DNA from: an uncultured Acidobacteriota bacterium
GTDB lineage: Bacteria > Acidobacteriota > Vicinamibacteria > Vicinamibacterales > CAVVIG01
Direction of reading: 5' to 3'
Length of the DNA stretch: 64,000 nucleotides
Assembly (NCBI GenBank): GCA_963792175.1
Contig: CAWBVG010000034.1
Span: forward strand, 85,830-149,829
The notes under the pieces were generated by a model. It saw nothing but the letters and a program-made list of their open reading frames with translations. It was not told the origin of the DNA and ran no database searches. Of the stretch, positions 39,735 through 49,096 are shown in pieces; the stretch's first letter is position 1, and every line of letters starts with the position of its first letter. Position numbers and translations under genes: made by a program.

Positions 39735-39848
39735 CGATCAGACCGCCGTTTCCCGCGTCATACCCGTTATGCTAACCGCGAGACGGCCCGATGTTCTCTA
39801 TCGTCTTCTCGCGGCGCGGAAGAAACCTAGCTGCTGAAGGGCTCGCGC

Positions 39849-40835
39849 GTGACCAGGCCTCGCATCGTCATCGTGGGCGCGGGTGCGGCCGGCCTGGCGA
39901 TGGGGATGCGCCTCAAGCGCGCCGGCATCAACGACTTCGTCGTCGTCGATCGCAGCGACGGCGTCGGCGGGCACATGGCACGACAATCGCTACCCGGGTG
40001 CGGGCTGCGACGTGCCGTCGCACCTGTATTGCTTCTCGTTCGAGCCCAACGCACGGTGGAGCAACAAGTTCGGGCGGCAGGGCGAGATTGAGCGGTACCT
40101 CGTCGACTGCGTCGAGCGCCACGGGCTCGCGCCGCACCTGCGGCTCGGCGTCGAGGTGCGCGGCGCGGAGTTCGACGACGGCACGTGGCGCGTCGCCACG
40201 AGTGCCGGCGAGCTCGAGGCCGGCGTGCTCGTCAGCGGCTGCGGGCAACTGAGTCGGCCGCGCGTGCCGGCGTTGCCCGGCCTCGACCGGTTCGCCGGAG
40301 CGACGTGTCACTCGGCGCGGTGGGACACGGGCGCCGATGTCACCGGCAGGAACGTCGTGGTCATCGGCAGCGGCGCGAGCGCGGCGCAGATCGTTCCGGA
40401 GACCGCGCCGCGCGCGGCGCGGTTGACCGTGATCCAGCAAACGCCCGCTTACGTGATCCCGCGCAAGGTCCGCGCGTATCGCGGGTTCGAGCAGTGGATG
40501 TTCCGCAACGTCCACGGGTGGCGACGTCTGTATCGCTGGTGGATCTACTGGTCCCTCGAGACGCGGTTCACAGCGCTGCGTCGCGGGAGCCGCGGCGCGC
40601 GCTGGCTGGACGTGCGAGAGGAGGCGATGGCCCGGTGGAACGCGCGCCTCCAGCGCGACCTCGGCGTCACGGCATGGGCCGGCGAGTGCAGCAGCTGGTA
40701 CAAGACCGCATCGGGAAAGATCACGAACAACTGGTCGCGTCGATCGTCGGCGTACTGGTGGCAGACTCGGAAGCCCGACTTCGCGGAGTTCGAGTTCGAC
40801 CAGTTCAAGAGGCCACAAGGTCGGGACCCGGATAG
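39849..40835 (+). pseudogene. Flavin-containing (Baeyer-Villiger-type) monooxygenase with apparent large internal deletion; 3' end approximate
   Basis: IVGAGAAG, GGTWHDNRYPGAGCDVPSHLY, FAGATCHSARW, VIGSGASA and C-terminal CSSWY...ITNNW present; GCKR, ATGF and FPN/GPN blocks absent. Confidence 0.7.
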
Positions 40836-40870
40836 AATGCGCCTTGTCGTCCGTGAGAAAGTGAGATGTC

Positions 40871-42274
40871 ATGTCCCAGAAGTACAGCTTGCCAGTAGCG
40901 TCCTGGTTGACCGGACATCTGACGCACCTTCAACCGGCCAAGCTCGCATTCATGGAGCGGTGTGAGCGCGAGTTCCCGATTGGCTGCTTCCGCGTCTATC
41001 ACGTTCCGCTGTTCGTCGTGTCGGACCCTGAGCTCGTCGGCGAGGTGCTGGTTCACCGGAACGATGACTTCATCAAGACCTGGCCGCTGCGCAGCGCCGG
41101 TCGTCCGCTGTTTGGCGACGGCCTGGTGACCTCGTCCGGCGACACCTGGAAGCGGAACTCCGCGCGCATGCGCCCGCGTTTCCAGCCCCGCCAGGTCGAC
41201 CACTATGTCCCGGCGATTCACCGGCACACCGAAGCGCTCCTCGACGAGTGGAAGGCCGGCGACACGCGCGCCATTCCGCTCGACATGTCGCATCTGACGC
41301 TGCGCATCGCCTGCGATGTGCTGTTCGGCGTCAGCGAGCGTGAAATCCGTGACGCGCTGCTCTGCGCGTGCGATACGTCGCAGGCGTTTTACTCGGCCTG
41401 GGAGCGAAGCTATTTTCCGATCCCCGCGCTGATGCCGACGCGCGAGAACGTGCGCTATCGCAGCGCGATCCGCGCGCTCGACCGGCAGCTCTACGCGTTG
41501 ATCGAGCGCTGGCGGCGAACCGGCGGCGCGAGCGAGGGCAACATCGTCGCGCAGCTGCTGGAGCACCGCGACCCCGACGGCGCCCCGCTGCCCGACCTGA
41601 TGATCCGCGACGAACTCGTGACGCTGTTCCTCGCGTCCTACGAGACGACCGCGGCGGTGCTTGCGTGGACACTGTACCTGATCAGCACGCACCCGCGGGT
41701 CGAGGCCCGCATCAAAGCGGAGCTTGCATCGGTGCTGGGCGGCGCGCTGCCGGGGCCTGATGTGGCGCGCCGGCTGCCGTATCTGTACGACGTGCTGCGC
41801 GAGAGCCTGCGGCTGTACCCGTCCATCCCGCTCTTCGGCCGCTCGGCTGTTCGCGACACGCGCATCGGCGTCACCCAGGTTCCGAAGCACTCCGAGGTCT
41901 TGATCTCGCCCTGGGCGATCCAGCGCTCGAGCCGTCATTACGAAGACCCGCTTGCGTTCCGTCCCGAGCGGTGGACGCAGGAGTTCGAGCGCAGCCTGCC
42001 GCGGTATGCGTACATCCCGTTCAGCGGGGGGCCGCGCGTGTGCATGGGCCAGTACATGGCAGTACAGGAGTCGATGCAGATCCTGGCAACACTGCTGCAG
42101 TTCGCCGAGCTGCGGCCGGTCGAGGGACAGACCCCCGTGCTCGACGTGGGGATGACGGCCGTGCCGCGCCGCGGCACGCTCACGCTGCAGGTTCGCGCGC
42201 TGAGCAAGCCGCCTGCGCAGATCCCGTCGCACGTCGATCGCGGTCTCGGCGCGCCACAAGAAACGGCGAATTGA
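40871..42274 (+). CDS. Cytochrome P450
   Basis: GDGLVTSSGDTW, DELVTLFLASYETTA (I helix), ESLRLYP (EXXR), FRPERW, PFSGGPRVCMG (heme Cys). Confidence 0.95.
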   Translation: MSQKYSLPVASWLTGHLTHLQPAKLAFMERCEREFPIGCFRVYHVPLFVVSDPELVGEVLVHRNDDFIKTWPLRSAGRPLFGDGLVTSSGDTWKRNSARMRPRFQPRQVDHYVPAIHRHTEALLDEWKAGDTRAIPLDMSHLTLRIACDVLFGVSEREIRDALLCACDTSQAFYSAWERSYFPIPALMPTRENVRYRSAIRALDRQLYALIERWRRTGGASEGNIVAQLLEHRDPDGAPLPDLMIRDELVTLFLASYETTAAVLAWTLYLISTHPRVEARIKAELASVLGGALPGPDVARRLPYLYDVLRESLRLYPSIPLFGRSAVRDTRIGVTQVPKHSEVLISPWAIQRSSRHYEDPLAFRPERWTQEFERSLPRYAYIPFSGGPRVCMGQYMAVQESMQILATLLQFAELRPVEGQTPVLDVGMTAVPRRGTLTLQVRALSKPPAQIPSHVDRGLGAPQETAN

Positions 42275-42299
42275 TCGCCGGCCGTATAAAATCTGAGCC

Positions 42300-42743
42300 A
42301 TGGCGGCGAGATACCTCGACGAGCGGACTTATGAGACCGGCGACATCGTCTTCGCTGAAGGCGATCCGGGCTCGGAGATGTTCATCGTCTCCGAGGGGAA
42401 CGTCGTCATCACGAAGCAGGTCGCCGGGCGGGACGTGTTCCTGGCCGCGCAGGGACGAGGTGACTTCTTCGGCGAGATGGCGCTGCTCACCTCCAGCCCG
42501 CGTCACGGCACGTGCGTTGCGCTCGTCCCGACGCGGCTGGTGGCGATCAAGAGCGGTGAGCTGCTCATGAAGCTGCGGCGCGATCCGACGTTTGCGCTCG
42601 AGATGCTGCAGCAGATGACCCGGCGCATCGGTTATCTGGAGGATCAGATGGCGAAGCTCATGGAGCAGGAGCTGGCGTCGCGCCAGGAGCTCGCCACGAT
42701 TCTGGCGAAGTCCGAATATCGTCTCCGCGACAGCCCGGGATGA
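42300..42743 (+). CDS. Stand-alone cyclic nucleotide-binding domain protein
   Basis: IVFAEGDPGSEMFIVSEGNV, GDFFGEMALL, PRHGT; no HTH; TAAAAT-N7-ATG. Confidence 0.88.
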   Translation: MAARYLDERTYETGDIVFAEGDPGSEMFIVSEGNVVITKQVAGRDVFLAAQGRGDFFGEMALLTSSPRHGTCVALVPTRLVAIKSGELLMKLRRDPTFALEMLQQMTRRIGYLEDQMAKLMEQELASRQELATILAKSEYRLRDSPG

Positions 42744-43497
42744 TCACCGACGTCCGCGAGAATCGGCTGCTCGTGACGTCCGACCCGCATATCGGCCACC
42801 TTTTCTGCGACGCGCGCCGCGGGCTGGTTCGCTGGCTGGAATACGCCTGCGCCCACAACTACAACGTCTGTATCAACGGCGACGGTATCGAGCTTCAGTA
42901 CACGTCGCTGAGAAGGTTCACGACGGAGACGGCGGCCTGCTGCGCGACATCCGCCGGATCGCCAGCGAGATCACCATCTACTACACGATCGGCAACCACG
43001 ACATCATCCTGGAGCACTACCTCGGCGACTGGGGAGGGCTGCGGCTGGTTCCTTATCTGAACGTCAGTTCGGGCACGAAACGCATCCACATCGAACATGG
43101 CCATCTGTACGACACGTCGCTCGAGGGTCGCCCGGATCTTCGTCATGGACTGAGACGGTTCTTCTGCTTTTTGTGCCGGGTTTACCCGCCCGGCTTCCAT
43201 TGGCACCAGAAGTACGAAGTGGTGCGATACCGATATATCCGGCGGCTGCTCGGCCAGGATCGTCACCTGCTCGACTCGCCGATGACGCGCGACGTGAGCC
43301 CATCATTCCAGGAAGCGGCGGAGGACGTGGCGCAGCGAGGATTCGACGCGGTCATCTTCGGGCACACGCATTATCACGGCGTGCTGCCGTTGAACGGAAA
43401 TCGCGCACGTTACTTCAACACCGGCAGCTGGTTCGACCAGCCACACTACGTCGCGATCGACAACGGCGAGATGGAACTCAGGCCCTGGCCGCAATAG
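42740..43497 (+). CDS. Metallophosphoesterase, LpxH/PlcP-like; frameshifted
   Basis: TSDPHIG, INGDG, IGNHD, IEHGH, IFGHTH, NTGSW across three frames; ATGA coupling to cNMP gene. Confidence 0.8.
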
Positions 43498-43547
43498 CGA
43501 ACGTTGCCCTTTCCTTCCTCTCGCACAATCACAATAATGATTCCACC

Positions 43548-44143
43548 ATGCGCTCCCGATGGATCGCCGCCCTGGAAGCCGTCGCGGTGACCCTGTTCTT
43601 CGCCCTTGTGGCCCTCCTGGCGACGCGCGTAGTCCGCGACGCGCCGGAACGGGACTCGAACTCTCCTTCTGATCCTGGGGGCGACCGCCGGCTACGCGCT
43701 CGCCGACGTCGCGTCCGGCCTGACCCACTGGTTCTGCGACACGTTCTTCCGGGAAGACACGCCCTGCATCGGCCGCGTGCTGATCTTCCCTTTCCGCGAG
43801 CACCACCGCGACCCGACCGCGATGACGCGCCACGGGTTCCTGGAACTCACCGGAAACAGCTGCCTCGGCGTGTCGCCGATCCTGGGGCTGGCCGCCTGGC
43901 GGCCCTGGTCGCCGATCCTGGACGCGGGGCTGATCGCGTTCGCTCTCGCCCTGTTCGGCACCAACCTCTTCCACAAGTGGGCCCATTCCGCGGAAGTTCC
44001 CGGCATCGTCCGATGGCTTCAGAAATGCAACCTGATTCTGAACCCCGCCCGCCACCAGGTCCACCACACGCCGCCGAACAAGAAGCGCCTATTGCGTTAC
44101 GAACGGCTGGATGAACGTGCTTCTCGACCGGATCCTCCCGTGA
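43548..44143 (+). CDS. carF: CarF/TMEM189 (PEDS1) family plasmanyl desaturase; frameshifts near 43660 and 44085
   Basis: ADVASGLTHWFCDT, FREHH, TNLFHKWAH, RHQVHH, YCVTNGWMN: the His-rich signature of the family. Confidence 0.85.
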
Positions 44144-45027
44144 TGGAGACCGCGCGGATCTCACTGATCGACAACGCGAGGTGGAGCTCAGGCATAGCGC
44201 GGCCGGCGTCGAGCACACGTTGGGGCGGTTGCTTGAGGTCCCACACGAGACCGAGGAGCGACAAGAGCTTCAGGATGTAGTACGTGAGGTCGACTTCCCA
44301 CCAGAAGAATCCCATGCGGGTCGACGTAGGCGTAGTAATGATGATTGTTGTGCCAGCCTTCGCCCATCGTGAAGAGCGCCAGCACGAGGTTGTTTCGACT
44401 CGTGTCGGTCGTCGGGTAGCGAATCCTTCCAAACATGTGGCAGAAGGAGTTGATCGCAAACGTGGCATGGAACAGCAGCACCGTGCTGATGAAAAATCCC
44501 CAGACCAGCCCCTGCCAACCCATCGCGAGCAAACAGCCGACGGCGAGAAGCACGCTGGAAACCGCATACCAGTGGTTCAATAATCGGAGCTCGGGGTACT
44601 GCGCGAAGTCCTGGATGATGTCGAGTCGGGTCGCATCGTGCCTTCTGGCCAGGAGCCAACCGAGGTGCGACCACCAGAACCCCTCACGCTCGGGGGAATG
44701 CACATCCGCCTCCTGGTCGGAATGCTGGTGATGATGGCGATGATGCCCCGCCCACCAGAGGGGGCCTCTCTGCACCGCGGAGCAGGCGAGCGCCGCCAGC
44801 ACGAATTGAAAGGCGCGGCTCGTGCGATACGACCGGTGGGCAAAGTAGCGATGATAGCCGCCGGTGATGGCAAACATCCGGACCGCGTACGTCGTCGCGC
44901 ACAACACGATCGCGTTCCATGACACGCCGGTCCAGAACGCGGCGAGACACGCCACGTGCACGAGGAGAAAAGGGATGCTCTTGATCCAGTCGACCCGGTC
45001 CAGATCCGCGGTGGACGCAGTGCGCAT
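44097..45027 (-). CDS. Acyl-CoA delta-9-type fatty acid desaturase; frameshift near 44330, 3' end uncertain
   Basis: GYHRYFAHRSY, WWAGHHRHHH, DVHSP, INSFCH, GEGWHNNHH, WWEVDLTY. Confidence 0.9.
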
Positions 45028-45157
45028 GAGTCGAGCGAGTTTACCGTACGGCTTCCACTTCTTCGCCTGCGCTTCCGTGACCCACTTGCATTAGAGTAGG
45101 CCCAGAGACACTCGACCCTTTCCCTCGGGCCCCAGGCTTTGCGACGTTGGGAAAACC

Positions 45158-47452
45158 ATGAGCGAAACCTGCGGCTTTAGCTTGTCTCCGCCTTGTCCGG
45201 CCGCAGGCTCCTGTTGACGGGCGCCACCGGCTTCATCGGCAAAGTCACCCTGGCGATGCTGCTCAATCGCCACCCGTCCGTAGGACGGCTATACGTTCTT
45301 GTCCGCTCGCGCCCCGGGCGCGACGCCGAACAGCGGTTCATCGACATCCTGGGCTCTCCCGCGTTCACGCGACTGCAGCGGCGGCACGGGAAGGACCTCG
45401 AGCGCTTCGTGAGGGAGCGCGTCAAAGTCGTCGGCGGCGACGTCACCGAGCCCGGTTTTGGCATCCCGCCGCAAGCCTTATCTGCGTTGACAGGCAGGAT
45501 CGATGCGATCGTCAACATGGCGGGTCTTGTCTCCTTCAATCCCGCAATGGACGTCTCGCTGAAGATCAACACTCACGGAGCCCGCTACGCCGCAAGGCTG
45601 GCGCTTGCCCTTCGGGCGAAGCTCGTTCATGTATCCACCTGCTATGTGGCCGGCTTGCGTGCGGGCGAGGTGCGCGAGAACGAGCGGCTGTCCGGCTATT
45701 TTCCGAAGGGGCTCACGACGCCCGGTATCTTCTCGGCCGCCGCCGAGCTCGCCGAATGCGACGCATGCGTCGAACGGATCGCGCAACGCGCCAGAGCCGA
45801 GATACCCGGACGGCGCCGCGCCAGGCGCTGGAGCGAGGCGCAACTGGTCGAGGAAGGGAGCCGCCGCGCCCGCGCCTGGGGCTGGCCAAACATCTACTGT
45901 TTCACCAAGGCATTGGGCGAGCAACTGATCGCCGAGACTCCGGGCCTCGATTTTACAATCGTGAGGCCATCGGTCGTGGAGAGCTCCCTCCGCTATCCCT
46001 TCCCGGGCTGGAACGAAGACGTCACGACGAGCGCTCAGATGATCCTGACCATGTGCAGGGGCCATGTCCTCTGGCCCGCGCACCGGAAAGCGGCGTTGGA
46101 CCTCATCCCTGTCGATCTCGTGGCCGCGGGCACGATCGCCGCCACCGCCGCTCTTCTGTCCGGGCGCCAGGAGCGCGTGTATCACCTGGCCTCTTCCGAC
46201 GCGAATCCTGTGACGGTGCGCCGCTGTGGGCGGTACATCGGCCAGTATCGTCGCAGGCCACTACAAAGACCACGCCCCCGGCGCGTTGTGGGCGCATTGG
46301 GTATGGACGCGCGTGGGAGTCTTCACGGTATCGGAGCCCGTCTACCGCCGTTTCGGGGTGCCCGCTTTCCGCAAGGCGGTCGCGCGCCTCTCGAGGATGT
46401 TCGCCAAGCCGCCGCGAACACTCGCAAGGATCGAGCGGGAGCTGACCCAGGTCGAGCGCGCCGTCAATGCCTTCACGCCTTTCATCCACGACATCGACTG
46501 CGTTTTCAAGACGGACAATCTCCGGGCGCTCTACGCACAGTTGCCGGCAGCCGAGGCGGCGAGCTTTCCCTGGGATCCCGAGACCATCGATTGGCGGCAC
46601 TACTGGTCGGACGTGCACACGCAAGGGCTGCGGCAGTGGGTCTTCCCGGGCTTTCCGGGCCGCAATGGCGATACGCTGAACCCGGCCTCTGGCGCCGTCG
46701 CCAGTCGGGCAGTGCGCGCGGCATTGAACCTCGGCCAGCGCGTCGTCTACGGCGGGCTATTCCGCGCCAAGGTCGTCGGCGAAAAAAACATTCCCGAGGC
46801 TCCGGGCTTCATCGTCGCCTCGAATCATGCCAGCCATTGGACATGGGCCTCATCAAGCATGCGCTGGGGCCCTCCGGCCGCGAGCTCGCGGCGCTGGCGG
46901 CCAAGGATTATTTCTTCAAGAATCCAGCACTGAACTTTTTTTTCCGCAATTATACGAACCTGCTTGCCTATCGGCCGCACCGCCAATGTCAAGGACTCGC
47001 TGGCCGTGGCATCGCAGGCACTCAAGCGCGGCAAGAACCTGCTGATCTTCCCCGAGGCGACGCGCTCGACGACAGGGAAGATCGCACCGTTCAAGGCCAC
47101 TGTTGGCTATCTTGCCTTGCAGAATCAGGCCGATGTCCTGCCCGCCTACGTCGCAGGCACCTTCGACTCCCTGCCTAAGGGCGGTATCGTGCCGAGGAGC
47201 TTGCGAGTCGCGGCCCATCTGGGACCGATCCTACGCTACGCGCAGCTCGACGGAGCGACCAGGCACCTTGCTTCCAAAGAGGCCTCCCGCGCCGTGACGA
47301 CAATCATCGAAGAGGCCGTGCGCGCACTCGAGTGCCAGGCGGCGCGCAAAATGTGGGACGGTTCACCCGCTTTAAGCGGCGCTGTCTCCGGACACCGTTT
47401 GGCGCGGCTCGTCCGCCGCCTCCGGCTGCGTCGGCTGAGCCCAGCCGAATAG
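45158..47452 (+). CDS. Fatty acyl reductase (NAD_binding_4 + Sterile) fused to PlsC-type acyltransferase, ElbD-like without A and T domains; several frameshifts
   Basis: LLLTGATGFIGKV, HVSTCYV, GWPNIYCFTK (YxxxK), IVRPSVVES, PFPGWNE, PWDPETIDW; then in the same frame ASNHASH, and next frames DMGLIK, AAKDYFF, LLIFPEATRS. Confidence 0.85.
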
Positions 47453-49096
47453 AGGCTCGTTGCCCGGTATCAGCTTGCCAGGGTTCATGATCCCAGCCGG
47501 GTCCAAGCCCGCCTTGAGAGCCTTGAGCGCCGTGATCCCGGCCTTCGAGATTTCCTCTTCCATCCATGGCCGGTGCTCGCGGCCGACGGCATGGTGGTGG
47601 GTGAGCGTGGCTTTGTTCGCGAGAAAGGTTTCGGTAATGAGCTTCTTGAAGCTGTAATACTGTTCCAGCTCCGCGCCAGCCTGTTGTGCGCAGGCGTAGG
47701 TGAAGTAAACACAGGCCCCAGTCGTGTAAGTATGGGAGATGTGGCAGCCAATGAAGCCCGGCGTGCCATCGCGCTCGAACTTCTCCTTCATCACAGCGAT
47801 CACCTTTTTATATAAAGGCAGCACGTCGCTCCAGGTCGCAGCTGTCTCGGCCACGTCGCACATGATGCCGCGGTCCATGACGAAATCGCGTATGTAAGGG
47901 AGGTTGAACTTGTCCTTCTGCCACAGGGCTCCAACCTCATGCCCGAGATCAAGGCCATGATGGCGTTTCAGAATCCGGCGGACGTCTTTCCGTAAGGCGT
48001 TTACGCGGTCGGAGTCTCCTTCAATACCGACAATCATGATCGCGGGATGACGATAGCCGCGCGCTTTGAGGAGCTTCTTGAATTGAGCCTGGATGAAGCC
48101 CTTGACGCCGGTGGTCAATGGCTTCATGTTTGACGCCAGCTCCGTCTCGGCGTTGTCCTGCAGGCGGATGAGGCTGGGTCGACGCTCGGACTGGATGAGT
48201 TCTTGGACGGCGGCGAGCGCTTCTTCGAATTCGCGGAAGAGCACGCCGCGGTAGTCTCTGGCTGGAGGGGTTTTGTGCACGCGCATCGTGGCCTCGGTAA
48301 TGACGCCCAGGACCCCTTCCGATCCCGTCACCAGGCGATTGAGGTCGGGCCCGGCCGATGATGCGGGCGTGTTTCTCGTCGTGAGCGTTCCGGAGGGTGT
48401 AACCAGCTTCACGGAGACGAGCATGTGTTCGATCTTGCCGTAGGCATCCGACTGCATGCCGGCGGAGCGCGTGGCGAGCCAGCCGCCCAGCGTCGAGTAC
48501 CGAAAGAGTCGGGGTAGTGGCCGAGCGAAAAACCGCGGGCCTGTAGGTCTTGCTCGAGTTTGGGGCCCAGAGCACCGGCTTCGATGACAGCCGTGTTCGA
48601 TTCCGGGTCGAGCGACAACAGCCGGTTCATGCGCGTCATGTCGAGGGTGACGACCATGCGGACGGCCTCCTCCGGGTTGATGCCGCCGACGATGTTGGTG
48701 CCGCCGCCGAACGGGACGAGGCAGACGCCGTGCTCGTGGGCCAGCGCGACGACAGCCTCCACGTCCTCGTGGCCTTCGGGATAAACGACGAGGTCGGGGA
48801 CGGCGCACGATGCCTTTGCGCACGTAAAAGAGATCGGGATAGCTTTTGCCGTACGAGTGCAGCAGCCTCTCGTCTTCGGTGTCTGTGATCTGATCGGGTT
48901 TGAGCCGCGCGGCGAGAGCGCGGCAGAAGCCGTCGTTGAACAACGGGGCTTCGAGGCGAATCTCCGCGCGCCTGACCGGAGGGCTGGAGCGCGTGGTCTT
49001 CAGGCCCAGGGTTCGGACCACCCAGGGCCAGAAGTCAGGCCTGTCGGCGATCGAGAACTCGAACCCGGTGTCACCCCAGCCCCACCATTTCATCAT
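47372..49096 (-). CDS. agpS: Alkyldihydroxyacetonephosphate synthase (AGPS/ADPS), FAD-linked; two compensating frameshifts near 48800 and 48500
   Basis: MKWWGWG, GKSYPDL, PFGGGTNI, GHYPDSF-x-YSTLGGWLATRSAGMQS, GSEGVLGVIT, CHISHTYTTGACVYFT, THHHAVG, DPAGIMNPGKL. Confidence 0.88.
   Translation of the reverse strand: MMKWWGWGDTGFEFSIADRPDFWPWVVRTLGLKTTRSSPPVRRAEIRLEAPLFNDGFCRALAARLKPDQITDTEDERLLHSYGKSYPDLFYVRKGIVRRPRPRRLSRRPRGRGGCRRAGPRARRLPRPVRRRHQHRRRHQPGGGRPHGRHPRHDAHEPAVVARPGIEHGCHRSRCSGPQTRARPTGPRFFARPLPRLFRYSTLGGWLATRSAGMQSDAYGKIEHMLVSVKLVTPSGTLTTRNTPASSAGPDLNRLVTGSEGVLGVITEATMRVHKTPPARDYRGVLFREFEEALAAVQELIQSERRPSLIRLQDNAETELASNMKPLTTGVKGFIQAQFKKLLKARGYRHPAIMIVGIEGDSDRVNALRKDVRRILKRHHGLDLGHEVGALWQKDKFNLPYIRDFVMDRGIMCDVAETAATWSDVLPLYKKVIAVMKEKFERDGTPGFIGCHISHTYTTGACVYFTYACAQQAGAELEQYYSFKKLITETFLANKATLTHHHAVGREHRPWMEEEISKAGITALKALKAGLDPAGIMNPGKLIPGNEPLFGWAQPTQPEAADEPRQTVSGDSAA

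Noticed and set aside
42300-43497. Pycsar/CBASS-type anti-phage system
   Set aside because: No nucleotide cyclase or CD-NTase adjacent and no TM/TIR effector domain on the cNMP protein
45074-45090. sigma54 promoter before the FAR fusion (ACTTGCA)
   Set aside because: Lacks the GG at the -24 position
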